Source: an uncultured virus (IMG/VR IMGVR_UViG_3300031951_021468) (taxonomy: Duplodnaviria > Heunggongvirae > Uroviricota > Caudoviricetes). Taken from it: a stretch of 64,000 nt of DNA. The translations under genes and the position numbers were made by a program. Location: the IMG/VR virus record IMGVR_UViG_3300031951_021468; one strand, given 5' to 3'. Every line of letters begins with the position of its first letter. The first letter of the stretch is position 1. The notes below the pieces were generated by a model. It made no database searches and was not told the origin of the DNA. It worked only from the letters and a program-made list of their open reading frames with translations. Positions 29,403 to 40,141 of this stretch are shown here, piece by piece.

Positions 29403-30005
29403 ATGAAGTTTTTCTTTGACACAGAGTTTTTGGAAGATGGTAGTTCTATTGATTTGATTTCGATTGCTATAATCGGGGAAGACGGGAGTGAATATTATGC
29501 CTGTGTCAAAGACGCCAATTGGGAAAAAATCAATAAAGATGCTTGGTTAAAGCAGCACGTAATCAATCAACTACCCCCGAAAAGCTCACCTGAATGGAAA
29601 ACTAAATCACAGATAGCAAAAGATATTATTGCTTTCGTTGGCGATCATCCAGAGTTCTGGGCTGATTTCTCAGGATATGACTGGGTGGCTCTTTGCCAGC
29701 TTTACGGAAAGATGATTCACCTTCCTGATACTTGGCCAATGTTTTGCAGAGACATTCAGCAACTCAAAGAACTTGTAGGGATTGAAGAATTCCCATCAAT
29801 GAGCGATAATGAACACAACGCCATTGTTGACGCTCGTGAAACAAAGGCGCGATTTGATATGTGTGTTGGAGAAGCAAAAAAGAAAGGCATTCGTATAGAA
29901 TCAGAAAGGCCATCGCTGAATAAAAGGTTATCTCAAGCACTGAATGATGGAATTAAATTTGCCAGATCGGATAAAGAACTAAAGACGACTAAGTTTAGGC
30001 GATAA
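29403..30005 (+). CDS. DEDD 3'-5' exoribonuclease (Rv2179c / RNase AS-like)
   Basis: FFDTEF, LISIA, YDWV.LCQLYG.M..LP, EHNAIVDA. Confidence 0.85.
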   Translation: MKFFFDTEFLEDGSSIDLISIAIIGEDGSEYYACVKDANWEKINKDAWLKQHVINQLPPKSSPEWKTKSQIAKDIIAFVGDHPEFWADFSGYDWVALCQLYGKMIHLPDTWPMFCRDIQQLKELVGIEEFPSMSDNEHNAIVDARETKARFDMCVGEAKKKGIRIESERPSLNKRLSQALNDGIKFARSDKELKTTKFRR

Positions 30006-30033
30006 TCTGCGTGTATTCATCGTAGATATAGAC

Positions 30034-31299
30034 ATGAGAAGAATTATTTTGTTCTTTCACCGATTATTTACACGCATTCGACGCAAGTCGTCAGGAGTTA
30101 CTATCCAGTCATCGGATCAACCTGAATCATTTTTTGACATGTTCAAAAAGTCACCCACAGAGCAGGCAATGTCTGACATTAACGCAATCATTAAGTTGTC
30201 CCAAAATATTGAGGCAAAAGCCAAAGAAGCCTGTTCGCAAACAGTCTCACTGATTTCTAGTCTTGGTAAAGCAAAGAATAAACTTGTGGAAACAATCCCG
30301 CAAAATTATCAAATTATCTTAGATATTTTTCTAGGGGAATTAGAGGGAAGGGAATTTGAAGACAATATTGTGGAAACAGCGAAAACATTGGCTACAAGAC
30401 TGAATAATCAAGAGAAAATTACATGCTGGCGATATCATTTAAATCGTGTAAATTTAGAAAATCGCCAGCGGTGTTCATTTTTCGGCGACGATTTGCCCAA
30501 TAACATAGAGCAATCATCATTGCCAGAGGGTTTTAGCTATAATCAATATAAATTAATATCCGAATTATATCAAACCATATTATGTGAGTTTTTGATAAAT
30601 CACCCCAGGAGTGTCCATGTGGATTATAGGTACTACCCAGCGACCAGAAGCTACAGGCCTCATATTAACGATTATGACCGTGATTATGATCTTGATGCAA
30701 TCAACAAAGCCTTGAATAACTGGAATAAAAAAGGCTTTCAGGTTGTGTTCGAAGGAGCCAGTGAAGAAGAAAAAGAAAAGGCTCATGACATTTTACAACT
30801 TGGTCATTTTTATTATCGTAAGAATAAAAATACCCAAGACCAACAAAATACCCAAGACCGACAAACAAAAAGAATACAAGTTTTTGTTGAGTTTTTAAAA
30901 TCTAAGATGGATTTGCTTCAAGAAGCGAATACATCTGGTAGTATAATTCTGGCTCAGTCAAAGATAGAAGAAATTGAGAATACCGTTGCGCAACTTTGGG
31001 AACAACATGAAAAACTAAAGCAACAGAAAGAAGAAGCTATTAAATATATAAAAATACTAGAATGCAAAATTGATTTGCTTCAAAAATTTGATGAAGCGTC
31101 TAATACAATGGCTCTCATTAAGAGAGGCCACGATCATATTGATAGCACAAACACCCTGCTGGAAGAAAATACGCAGGCGCTTGATGAGGTCAGATTGTAT
31201 TGTGAGGTTGTGTCAGGTGAGTTGAATTCGCGCATGTATGAAATTGAAGATACTTTAGCGGCACAGCAAGAAATAAGAGTGTTATTGAATTCAAGATAG
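30034..31299 (+). CDS. Coiled-coil hypothetical protein
   Basis: 421-aa ORF with long heptad regions. Confidence 0.7.
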   Translation: MRRIILFFHRLFTRIRRKSSGVTIQSSDQPESFFDMFKKSPTEQAMSDINAIIKLSQNIEAKAKEACSQTVSLISSLGKAKNKLVETIPQNYQIILDIFLGELEGREFEDNIVETAKTLATRLNNQEKITCWRYHLNRVNLENRQRCSFFGDDLPNNIEQSSLPEGFSYNQYKLISELYQTILCEFLINHPRSVHVDYRYYPATRSYRPHINDYDRDYDLDAINKALNNWNKKGFQVVFEGASEEEKEKAHDILQLGHFYYRKNKNTQDQQNTQDRQTKRIQVFVEFLKSKMDLLQEANTSGSIILAQSKIEEIENTVAQLWEQHEKLKQQKEEAIKYIKILECKIDLLQKFDEASNTMALIKRGHDHIDSTNTLLEENTQALDEVRLYCEVVSGELNSRMYEIEDTLAAQQEIRVLLNSR

Positions 31300-31333
31300 G
31301 AATAACACAGTCTGATCTTCTAATATAAACTAC

Positions 31334-32803
31334 GTGTGGTATAAATACGCAAAAGTTTGCATATCGGGGACCCAAGAGGAATATTTAAAGTCACTTGGTG
31401 TTCCCGATCATGTTATTGCGTGGATTGGTGATCAGAACCCCGATCACCAAAAAATTTATGTGAATATTGTCAGAAACAAACCAAACGCCACGATAGAAGA
31501 AATTCAAAATCTTGCTAATATCAAAACTGAACAAAATCAGCAAAGCAATTTTGAATCTAATCTTTACATGCGCTATCAAAATATTCCACAATTTGCAAAA
31601 TGGCTTTTGATTCAAGTAAAGAAAATGAGGTTGGACCCCAATGGTAGAAAATATGCCATTGACAATCTGGAAATTATTAATCAGGCAGATGCGATTAAAG
31701 ATTGGTATAATTACGAAATCGCACGTCACCCCCTCGATGACCAAGGACAATCGAGATTCCAGCTCTCTTCTTATGATTGGGCCTCGGCTGTCAAAATGTC
31801 CGAAGAATGGCACACAATGATGGCTGGCAAGGGTTCTGGATTAATGTATGAGCCAATTAGTCCCGCAAATGTAGTTTACGATTACGATGATGGGTACACG
31901 ATGCAGTTAGTCACATCTGAGAATGATCTTAGAGCGGAGGGAAATAAAATGAATCACTGCGTTGGAACATACTGCGATGATGTAAAAGAAGGGAAATACC
32001 AAATATTTTCCCTAAGAGACGAAACAAATCATCCAGTAGCGACCATAAGGATGAACGAATATGGGGAGATTTCTGAAATTAAGGGGCACTCCAATCGTGT
32101 GCTAAGCGAAGATTACCAATCATATATTAAAGAGTGGGTTGAAAATCTGCCAGTGCAAAAATGGGAAGAATCGCTGATTACAAAAGAATTTAATTTAGAC
32201 GGAGTTGACATGAAATCTGTTGCCGATCATATCGATCAATACGGGGCAGAAATAGATCAATATGGACTGGCTCAAGACACTGATTTCACTAAATTAGATG
32301 TATTATATGCAGTGGAAAACACTCTGGACAAATTTGAAAATACGTGGGGACAGTTAGAAGATCGTTATGCTGATGATGCTGCTTATAGTTTACTAAAGAT
32401 TTTAGCAAAAAGAGATGAACAGTTAGCCGAAAAGCGTAAGTTCGATAAATATTATTGGAATTACACAACTTCATACGATGAGGTTGACAGTTTTTTTGAA
32501 GATTATAAAAACAAGGCAGAAAAAGAATTGAAAGACGAAATATATTATTTAATGCCAGAGGAGCCAGAGAATAATTTTGAAGACGAAGATGAGTATGAAG
32601 AGGAAATGGAAAAATGGCAAAGCCAGTTTGACTCACTTCTCGACCGCAAAATGTCATCATGGGAACGTGACGATTTACGCGCAAGATTCCTGACAATTTT
32701 GATTAACGGATTAAAAATAAATAATCAACAAGTCAGAGAAAAAATTAGAAAATTTAGAGAATTATATGACGCCAGAAAGCAGCTAACATCATCGAATAAT
32801 TAA
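31334..32803 (+). CDS. MWY-tagged PcfJ-like domain protein
   Basis: MWYKYAK; SEEWH; LRAEGNKMNHCVGTY...IFSLRD...ATI...IKG..N. Confidence 0.75.
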   Translation: MWYKYAKVCISGTQEEYLKSLGVPDHVIAWIGDQNPDHQKIYVNIVRNKPNATIEEIQNLANIKTEQNQQSNFESNLYMRYQNIPQFAKWLLIQVKKMRLDPNGRKYAIDNLEIINQADAIKDWYNYEIARHPLDDQGQSRFQLSSYDWASAVKMSEEWHTMMAGKGSGLMYEPISPANVVYDYDDGYTMQLVTSENDLRAEGNKMNHCVGTYCDDVKEGKYQIFSLRDETNHPVATIRMNEYGEISEIKGHSNRVLSEDYQSYIKEWVENLPVQKWEESLITKEFNLDGVDMKSVADHIDQYGAEIDQYGLAQDTDFTKLDVLYAVENTLDKFENTWGQLEDRYADDAAYSLLKILAKRDEQLAEKRKFDKYYWNYTTSYDEVDSFFEDYKNKAEKELKDEIYYLMPEEPENNFEDEDEYEEEMEKWQSQFDSLLDRKMSSWERDDLRARFLTILINGLKINNQQVREKIRKFRELYDARKQLTSSNN

Positions 32804-34824
32804 TAAGTGTTGTCTGCGAGTATTTTTTGTCTTGTGGAGTCTCGATACCCATAATAATCATTTGGCGCGAGTCGAAAGTCTGTGTCTTTAAATGGTTCCA
32901 AATCCAAGTCGCTTCCGCCCGTTCCTATGTGAACTATACGGCCTTCCATTTGTTCCGCTACAGTTTTATAAATTGACTGAACTATTGGCATTCTTCTGTC
33001 GCCAATGCCAAGCGCCTCGACATTATCAAAAACAACATCTCCGTCATAATCTTCCCACACCCAACTTTGGGCGATGATGTTGCCTTTCTGGTCTTCAACA
33101 ACAAAAAATGCTCCATGCGGCGAGGTTTGGCCGTGAATTGCGCAACTTGCTCCAACTCCCCAGGGATGTTGACAGGAATTGCTGTATTGACCCAGGAACA
33201 ACCCGCGGACGTCTGAACGAGGCAAAAATCTTCCAGTCAACCCACCAATACTTGCTGTGTATGAAGCCCAAACAGGGAGGGGTACATTTTGAGAGTCGAT
33301 AAACAATTTTTCAATGTTTTCATAATCGAACGGCTCTGTGTCATCATCTTCATCAATGTTAAGCCATGCATCATCCTCGTCGCCCTCGGCAGATTGCCAC
33401 CATTTGGCTGCCTCGATTGCAAAAGAAGGATGATTAATGCTTTCTGCTTTAAAAAGCTGCCTGACTTTGTAATATCGAACTCGATCAGCTAGTTGATCAA
33501 TAGGAAGTGATTTATCTTCTGCGGTAAGATTTGGCCAATATGAGGCTATTGTGTACAAATCTGTAGTTTTGACCTTGCCATACCACTGCATTAGCAAATC
33601 GCCTAGTCCGCGCAAGTCCTGTGTACTGCCCATTGGCAAGATTTGCGCAGCTTCGTGAACATCATTATTAAATTTAGCCACCCATTGTCGCCAATTTTTA
33701 TTAAAGACAACCATGAGTCTTCCCATGTCATTTGACCCGTCTTGCCCTTCATTTAGATTAGATACGATTTCATCAATGTTTTTTAATGATGTTCCGATTA
33801 AATTAGGATACATAGCGAAAACTTTCAGATAATGATAATAATTTTCTGTGTTTTCGGGGGTCATCCGATAAATATTTTTCATTTTTTCTTTAATGCTGTT
33901 GAGCTTTTCGCTTGCTATGTCTTTATCATTGCTTAACAGGCTTCGCGCAATTAGTTCGTCGTAAGGCTTATCGACATCATCTTTTGTAAAATGTCTTAAT
34001 ATAGTGTCTCTGCGACCCATGTTAAAATGGATCAATGATCCGTCGCCCAGTCTGTATGCCTCTGTAGGAGGCAGTTTGACCATGGGTTTATCTCGTTCCA
34101 TTACTAAATTAAGGGCTCGGCGATCATCAACTTGCTGCTGATTTAAGGGGCTTGTAAGATTGTAAGGACTTTCGATGTCAGAAACATAATTTTTATAATC
34201 AAAATTATCATGTATTAAATAGTGATTAGCAGCTCGAAGAAGAGAATGAGCAACATTCCAGTCCGTTGGATTGCTCCAGTCTCCACGGCTATATTGATCT
34301 TGCTGTGATTTCACATAATTAATCAAATCATCGGGATTGATATTTTCGTAAACAGGATCGCGAGACAAAAGCCTAAGATAATGATCATATTCGGGAGTTC
34401 CTCTTTCAAAAGAATGCTTTAAATGATCCCACGTTTGATGATCTGGCTCGTAATCATGCATCTGCGTCTGTCTTTTATGCCAGTATTTTAATTCACTTGG
34501 TCTAAGATTATCTATCGCGGTTGGGTTATTTTTCAGCGCAAAGACATAAGAATGGTCTATATCATCATATTGATCCGTATAATATTTTGGAGAACCATCT
34601 TTATCAATAGTTGGCTCTCCAAAATAATCCTTGTATTGATCCATATATTTTTCCATGTATGAATCAGCAGGAATTCTTGTTGACATGTTTGTTTGAGAAA
34701 TCTTTTTTAACATATGATGCGCAGCATTAGATAAAATATCAGCACTTGCATACTTGCCAATTTTATCTAAACTCGATGCACTTCTTAGCATCGTTTGCAC
34801 ACGCGAAATAGCTAATGATTTCAT
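32800..34824 (-). CDS. Helical-tag protein with C-terminal PcfJ-related/GNAT-like domain
   Basis: SSLDKIGKYASADIL tag; LGQYSNSCQH...SCAIHG...FFVVED...IIAQSWVW...FDNVE. Confidence 0.6.
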   Translation of the reverse strand: MKSLAISRVQTMLRSASSLDKIGKYASADILSNAAHHMLKKISQTNMSTRIPADSYMEKYMDQYKDYFGEPTIDKDGSPKYYTDQYDDIDHSYVFALKNNPTAIDNLRPSELKYWHKRQTQMHDYEPDHQTWDHLKHSFERGTPEYDHYLRLLSRDPVYENINPDDLINYVKSQQDQYSRGDWSNPTDWNVAHSLLRAANHYLIHDNFDYKNYVSDIESPYNLTSPLNQQQVDDRRALNLVMERDKPMVKLPPTEAYRLGDGSLIHFNMGRRDTILRHFTKDDVDKPYDELIARSLLSNDKDIASEKLNSIKEKMKNIYRMTPENTENYYHYLKVFAMYPNLIGTSLKNIDEIVSNLNEGQDGSNDMGRLMVVFNKNWRQWVAKFNNDVHEAAQILPMGSTQDLRGLGDLLMQWYGKVKTTDLYTIASYWPNLTAEDKSLPIDQLADRVRYYKVRQLFKAESINHPSFAIEAAKWWQSAEGDEDDAWLNIDEDDDTEPFDYENIEKLFIDSQNVPLPVWASYTASIGGLTGRFLPRSDVRGLFLGQYSNSCQHPWGVGASCAIHGQTSPHGAFFVVEDQKGNIIAQSWVWEDYDGDVVFDNVEALGIGDRRMPIVQSIYKTVAEQMEGRIVHIGTGGSDLDLEPFKDTDFRLAPNDYYGYRDSTRQKILADNTY

Positions 34825-34825
34825 C

Positions 34826-35191
34826 TTAGGTTAATCTGAGTAAATACTTGGTTTTGTTTAAAACTGCGATCATTTCGTCTTTTAAATTTAACAAATCGGT
34901 GTCTTTTTTGTCATTTAATAAATTTGTCAAATCATTGGATAAAAATTCAATGTGCTCATTAATCAATTCTACGGGATCACAATCGGTAAGATTACAAAGT
35001 TGCAAATTGAATTTACCTTTTGTTTTTACAACACCTCTAGTCCCTTGAAATACTTCTATGAAATCATCCACCAATTCATCAAGTGACTCATAGGCCTTGC
35101 CAAAGGCTTCATGCTGTGCAAAAGTCTTTGATTGCCAATGAAAAATGCGAAGTTGAGATTGCATGGTGAGCATTTTGCTAATAAGCTGCAT
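34826..35191 (-). CDS. Ferritin/Dps-like four-helix protein (DUF5856-like)
   Basis: QLRIFHWQ...HEAFG..YE.LD.LVD.FIE..QG...DLLNLKDEM....NKTKYLL.L. Confidence 0.8.
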   Translation of the reverse strand: MQLISKMLTMQSQLRIFHWQSKTFAQHEAFGKAYESLDELVDDFIEVFQGTRGVVKTKGKFNLQLCNLTDCDPVELINEHIEFLSNDLTNLLNDKKDTDLLNLKDEMIAVLNKTKYLLRLT

Positions 35192-35193
35192 GA

Positions 35194-35985
35194 TTATATA
35201 TCTCCCCCTGTTTCAATGTGTAATCTTCTAAAAAAAGCTTCAGCCAATTGTTTAATTTGATCGTTGGAATAATGCATTGATTTGTATTCACCGTTATCTT
35301 CAAGCCCCGTAAAACGCGGGATAATATTTTCTTGATGGTCAACGCTGCAATTAAGCACACCACGAAAACCTCGATCAGTTCTAAAGAAAAACATCACGTC
35401 AAGACCTTTTTCCGTGCTCCGAGGTTGTATTTTGATGTCTTTGATGCTATCATAGCCAATAAATGGGATTATGAGAGGAATAGACATTATTAAATGTGCC
35501 TCAAGGTCTCTTAATCTGATATATTCTTCTGGATCAGTGTTTAAATCCAGCGCTCGATCAATCTCTTCAAGAGCCCTAGCATGATCATCTAAATCTACGA
35601 TCATGCCAGAAACAGCAAACCCGTGTAAAGCGGATTCCTTTCCTGTGCTCCATCGACTTGCCAGAAGTCTTAATTCTTTTTCTTCTGGGTCAATTTCTTC
35701 ATCCTCTTCGTCAAATATGTTGTCCTGCAAGAATCTATCTGGCAATTCTTCGATCATGTTTTCTGCAGTATCAAAATTTGGTAAATCGTCGGAAAGCTTA
35801 GGGTTTTCTATGTCATTAAGAATGGCCCGAGAAATATCATATTCTCCATTAAGCCCTCCTTCGTTCTCAATACTGGCAATACGACGAATCACATAGTCAA
35901 GAGTTTGGGCCTCTTTATAAAACCCACCTTTTTCCAGTGCGTTTGTGATTTTAATTAAAGATTTGATTGTAGCTATGCGATCCAT
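35194..35985 (-). CDS. Helical-tag hypothetical protein, tandem paralogue A
   Basis: Likely start MDRIATIKSL; aligns with 35996..36742. Confidence 0.7.
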   Translation of the reverse strand: MDRIATIKSLIKITNALEKGGFYKEAQTLDYVIRRIASIENEGGLNGEYDISRAILNDIENPKLSDDLPNFDTAENMIEELPDRFLQDNIFDEEDEEIDPEEKELRLLASRWSTGKESALHGFAVSGMIVDLDDHARALEEIDRALDLNTDPEEYIRLRDLEAHLIMSIPLIIPFIGYDSIKDIKIQPRSTEKGLDVMFFFRTDRGFRGVLNCSVDHQENIIPRFTGLEDNGEYKSMHYSNDQIKQLAEAFFRRLHIETGGDI

Positions 35986-35995
35986 GTTTGTTTTT

Positions 35996-36742
35996 TTACC
36001 TATATGATTGTCTTTCTTGCTCCATAAGAAAAGAGTTAAGTGCGTTGGCAAGCAGGCTGCTGTCTTGTGCATTATATCCCCATGACATAAATTTGCCATC
36101 TTTAAAATAACCCGATCCAACAAATTGAATTTGACCCTTGTCTGATTTATGCATTTGTATGCCGCCAACATGATCATCTTCAGTGGTGAAAGTTAAGAAT
36201 ATATCTTCTCCCCCAATATCACTTGGTTTGCGACTATGATTTACCGACTTTACATTAACTTTGTTTTGACCTATTGCAACTGGCAGTGTTTTCAAAATCA
36301 AGCTATAAAATTGATTGAGCAAAATAGCCTCTTGAGGGTCATGATTTTTATCAATGGCTTCTGAAATTTCCTTTAAAAGCGCCTTGCGATGTACAAGATC
36401 ATTTACTTCGCCAGTTTGAGCATAAATCCAAAGGGCTGACCCTGGCGAAACACTCCATCGTACAGCTAACTCTCGCATAGACGGGACTCCTGCAGCCTCG
36501 TTAATCATTCGCTCGGCTTGCTGCATGGCAGATGAATTTTGCTCATTCATTGCACTATCGCCGCCTAAAGAATTAATAATGGAAGGGGATATATTAAAAT
36601 CACCTTGAAGGCCCCCTTCATCATCAATGCTGGCGATTTTTCTAATTACTGCATCTAATCGCGAGGCCTCAGAGGATAATTCCTGATCTTCCAAGGAGTT
36701 AGCAATCGCAATTAATGACTTTATGACAGCGATACGATTCAT
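35996..36742 (-). CDS. Helical-tag hypothetical protein, tandem paralogue B
   Basis: MNRIAVIKSL...RKIASIDDEGGLQG. Confidence 0.7.
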   Translation of the reverse strand: MNRIAVIKSLIAIANSLEDQELSSEASRLDAVIRKIASIDDEGGLQGDFNISPSIINSLGGDSAMNEQNSSAMQQAERMINEAAGVPSMRELAVRWSVSPGSALWIYAQTGEVNDLVHRKALLKEISEAIDKNHDPQEAILLNQFYSLILKTLPVAIGQNKVNVKSVNHSRKPSDIGGEDIFLTFTTEDDHVGGIQMHKSDKGQIQFVGSGYFKDGKFMSWGYNAQDSSLLANALNSFLMEQERQSYR

Positions 36743-36772
36743 GATAGTCTCTTTTTCTGTTTAAAATTACAA

Positions 36773-38335
36773 TTATCCTTTCACTCTTCTGGCCACAATG
36801 GATGTGGCAAGTCTCTGTCCATTATTCTGTATATCTTCTCGCATTTCGGGGGTAATATCAAATCCGTGAACTTTCGCCCAAGATTTGACTCTGTTCTCTT
36901 CCTTAAACTTTTTCGCCTCTTCTAAAGACGGAAAAGATTCAGTTGATTCATTTAATCCTGATGGACTAAATTGACGGACAATCCACGAACCATCAGGCGC
37001 TGGCCTTTCCTGAATGTAGTGCATGTATTGACCCTGATTCACCTCATGCTCGCCAACGTCCCCGTTCCATTTTTTAATGTATTTTTTAGTAAAGCTTGGC
37101 AGAATGTGATCATAAAATGCTTGCAATCCGTAGCCGCCATATTCCAAGTCTTTACCCTGAATAACCATTGATTCTTGCCCCGATGATAAAAATTTCTCTG
37201 CCAGGTCTTTGCCTATATAATTTGCAAGCTCTTTTGACTCGACAGCTTGTTGGTTAACTTTTATTTTATCTGACATCCAGCCACGAATATAAATTCTTCC
37301 GTTTTGATCTTTTGTTAATTCTAATTTATCTAAAACATTAGATAGCCCAAATATGTTTCGGCTAATATCACCCGTGTTCCATGTTACGCGATCATAACCG
37401 CCGCGTACTGCCATATCAATAGCATGCTTCATCGCCAATTCGTGCCAGTTTTTCGCATATGGGCCAGGGGGGACAGTGTCGGGTCGCCACTGATCTCTTT
37501 CTAACCTTGTTTTTGCAGCTTCATATTCTTTCTTTTCTTCTTCCGTGGCCGATTTAAAAACAGCAACCTTCTCCCACAGCTTCGACACTGTGATTATATC
37601 TTTGGCACGTCCTGGCCGATCATATCCATGTTTGCGCCCATCCTGGTGCCAGTCGCTTTGTATTTCCTCAATATGTAAAGACTTCTTTCCGTCCTTAGAC
37701 GTTCTTGAAGTCGTTCTCATGTGAGCTATGGGGTTTTTATGACCCTCGAAGTGCCTAGATTCATAATCGGGGAAGTCCTCCCCCAAAGAACGCTTCCAAT
37801 GTCCCCAATGATTGCGCCACGAACCAGGATGCTCTTCAATGCTTTTCTTTAGTGCTTCGCGACCCATTCGCTCGTAACCAGTATTTATCTTCATCAAATA
37901 ATCAATAAACTCATCTTCTGGTTTCGCGCCGATTGTAATTAAAAACTCCTTATAATCATCCCCGTAGGGCAGAGTATAGTCTTCATAGCCCTTGAAGTAA
38001 TCTTCATCATCAAATTGCGTTCCCCATGTGGTATCACGATTGTCTTCATGTTCTTGTTCATAATCCATTTCGTGAACTACAATATTGTGCAGCTTTGACT
38101 GTATTCTATTTATCAAATCTGATTTAAAAACAATAGGGTTGTTTTCCAAATACTCGTCAAGGTGTACCCAACTCATTTCTTCGGCACTGACGCCAGATTT
38201 TTGAAGCAGTCTTTTAAGGTCTTGAGCAGGCATTTTTGAGCCCATTTTTTCTTCAACGACGCGAAGCATATGAGAATAAAAAGACTTGGACTTTTTATTT
38301 TCTTCAACGGTGTTTTGAGCCTGCTTGTACCACAT
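36773..38335 (-). CDS. MWY-tagged protein with polyvalent-protein-type domain
   Basis: MWYKQAQ; GVSAEEMSW; HF...NPIAHMR...LHIEEIQSDWHQ.GR..GY. Confidence 0.7.
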   Translation of the reverse strand: MWYKQAQNTVEENKKSKSFYSHMLRVVEEKMGSKMPAQDLKRLLQKSGVSAEEMSWVHLDEYLENNPIVFKSDLINRIQSKLHNIVVHEMDYEQEHEDNRDTTWGTQFDDEDYFKGYEDYTLPYGDDYKEFLITIGAKPEDEFIDYLMKINTGYERMGREALKKSIEEHPGSWRNHWGHWKRSLGEDFPDYESRHFEGHKNPIAHMRTTSRTSKDGKKSLHIEEIQSDWHQDGRKHGYDRPGRAKDIITVSKLWEKVAVFKSATEEEKKEYEAAKTRLERDQWRPDTVPPGPYAKNWHELAMKHAIDMAVRGGYDRVTWNTGDISRNIFGLSNVLDKLELTKDQNGRIYIRGWMSDKIKVNQQAVESKELANYIGKDLAEKFLSSGQESMVIQGKDLEYGGYGLQAFYDHILPSFTKKYIKKWNGDVGEHEVNQGQYMHYIQERPAPDGSWIVRQFSPSGLNESTESFPSLEEAKKFKEENRVKSWAKVHGFDITPEMREDIQNNGQRLATSIVARRVKG

Positions 38336-38337
38336 AA

Positions 38338-39228
38338 TTACTCCGATGATGCTGGGACTTTTTTGTCTCCTTTTTTAAGCCACTTCTTAAATTCAGAAAT
38401 GTTCATTTCTGTAACTTTCCCGCATTTCCAGTCTTTTGGATAATTGGAGAGATATAATTCTTTTGCTTGCTTTAAGGTGTCGCACCCCATAACACATTTA
38501 TGCTCATCAAAGTCGCCATCAGAATTCAGTTGATCTACGATAAAAACTTTATCGGCGTCAAGATTTCCCCCAAGGAACATATCAATAGCATCGCCATCAG
38601 CCCCTACTGTTCCCATGATTCGGCCATAATCACACTCCATCTTTCGGCTCCATTCTTTGCCGTCCTTGCCCTTGCCTGATCGAGTTGAGCCTTTGGGATA
38701 TTCTATCCAAACCTTGATACCATCTATGTCAACTTTGCCTCGTCCCTCCTTGGAAAGCGCGTATCTTGCAGAGGCTCCTCTAATTGAAAGGAAATCTCCG
38801 CTGCCATCATTTGGCGCGGCAATCTCAAGTTGACCAGTGTAATCGAAGGCAGGGGTAATGCCAGGTGAGTTTAGCGTCATAATTTGGCCACCATGACATG
38901 CTATCACTTTCGTGGCACCTGGATCATATCCTTGAGTGCGCATCCAATCGCCTAATTCATCATGCCTAATTGACCCCGCTGCCCCACCATCAAAATACAT
39001 AGCTCCGTCTTGTGCGGGCGAGCCATGAATAATCAGATATTGCTGGCCATTTGAATCTCTAAAGAATACAGGCTGGCTGCTATTCATAAAATTACTAACA
39101 ACTTCTTGAACACTATCTCCGCCTGCTTCAATAAGCATTTCCTGGCCGCTTCCTAAATGAGCGGGGCCAGATTGGTTTCCAAGAACTGGAGCGTCAACAG
39201 ATGCCAACTGAGCAAGTTTGTACCACAT
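38338..39228 (-). CDS. MWY-tagged protein with inorganic-pyrophosphatase-like (InPase) domain
   Basis: Likely start MWYKLAQ; IEYPKGSTRSG...DYG.I.GT.GADGDAID.F...DEHK. Confidence 0.75.
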   Translation of the reverse strand: MWYKLAQLASVDAPVLGNQSGPAHLGSGQEMLIEAGGDSVQEVVSNFMNSSQPVFFRDSNGQQYLIIHGSPAQDGAMYFDGGAAGSIRHDELGDWMRTQGYDPGATKVIACHGGQIMTLNSPGITPAFDYTGQLEIAAPNDGSGDFLSIRGASARYALSKEGRGKVDIDGIKVWIEYPKGSTRSGKGKDGKEWSRKMECDYGRIMGTVGADGDAIDMFLGGNLDADKVFIVDQLNSDGDFDEHKCVMGCDTLKQAKELYLSNYPKDWKCGKVTEMNISEFKKWLKKGDKKVPASSE

Positions 39229-39337
39229 AATTAACCCAAGCTGATATAACAGCTTATAACATGTTAAATTCAATTAAAAAATTGAATCAGCCTAGATAAT
39301 TATAGGCTAAAAATAAACATTCTTAGAAAAAAACATT

Positions 39338-40141
39338 ATGTGGTACAGAAGCATCAAAAAAGCGGGATATAGCACAGAGCTTGCTTATTTGAGAGATTAT
39401 GTACGAGAGGGAACCAATCCTTATGATTATGCCTTTCTTGTGGATAATTTTTTGGATTCTCACGAAGAATACCGATTAGACCCAAGCATCATGGAGGACG
39501 TGGAAGATTACCCAGATGAACGAGGCTATACATGGTTGAACAATGCGCCTGATGATTATCGCAAAGCATTTGTTAGTTTTTTAAATGACTCTCGCGAAAG
39601 ATACCAATATGATAATTCAAATGCATACGAAAGTCCTGCATATAATTCATTAGAATATCAGAGAGCGCTCAGGCCCGACTGGCTTGTGCATTTCACGGAA
39701 AATGCAAGAGATATCGAAAATGAAGGATTTAAATATGGTCATCCTGACATTGAGGGAGTTCATCTATCAACCTGGAAGGAAGACCGCATGGAAGACCCAG
39801 GTTATAATTTTGCATTTCAAGTGGATTCAAATGACGCTGAGCACACTGCTTTTACAGGGCAGTATGGAAACGAAGCAGTTGTGTTTTATAGCGGAGGAAT
39901 TCTTTTCGATCATCATGGTGATCAGCAATCCCAAGTTATTGTTTGGGGGCCAAGCGTAAACAAGGGAATGATTTTCCCGATGAAAAAAGAAGTTTATGGT
40001 AACTGGATGGTTGAGGATTATACAGGAAGAGAATTAGTAGCTGGAAAAACATATTCAGAAGCTGTTCAATTTATTAAAGAGAACTGGAGAATGTTAAAAT
40101 CAACAAGGGAAAAGAAAACAGAAAGACAGTCAATCGTTTAA
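39338..40141 (+). CDS. MWY-tagged protein, possibly ADP-ribosyltransferase-like
   Basis: MWYRSIKKA; WLVHFTENA..I...GF; the ART call is tentative. Confidence 0.55.
   Translation: MWYRSIKKAGYSTELAYLRDYVREGTNPYDYAFLVDNFLDSHEEYRLDPSIMEDVEDYPDERGYTWLNNAPDDYRKAFVSFLNDSRERYQYDNSNAYESPAYNSLEYQRALRPDWLVHFTENARDIENEGFKYGHPDIEGVHLSTWKEDRMEDPGYNFAFQVDSNDAEHTAFTGQYGNEAVVFYSGGILFDHHGDQQSQVIVWGPSVNKGMIFPMKKEVYGNWMVEDYTGRELVAGKTYSEAVQFIKENWRMLKSTREKKTERQSIV

Noticed and set aside
30828..30864. 18-nt tandem duplication (NTQDQQ/NTQDRQ)
   Set aside because: A two-copy in-frame slippage repeat with no sign of function.
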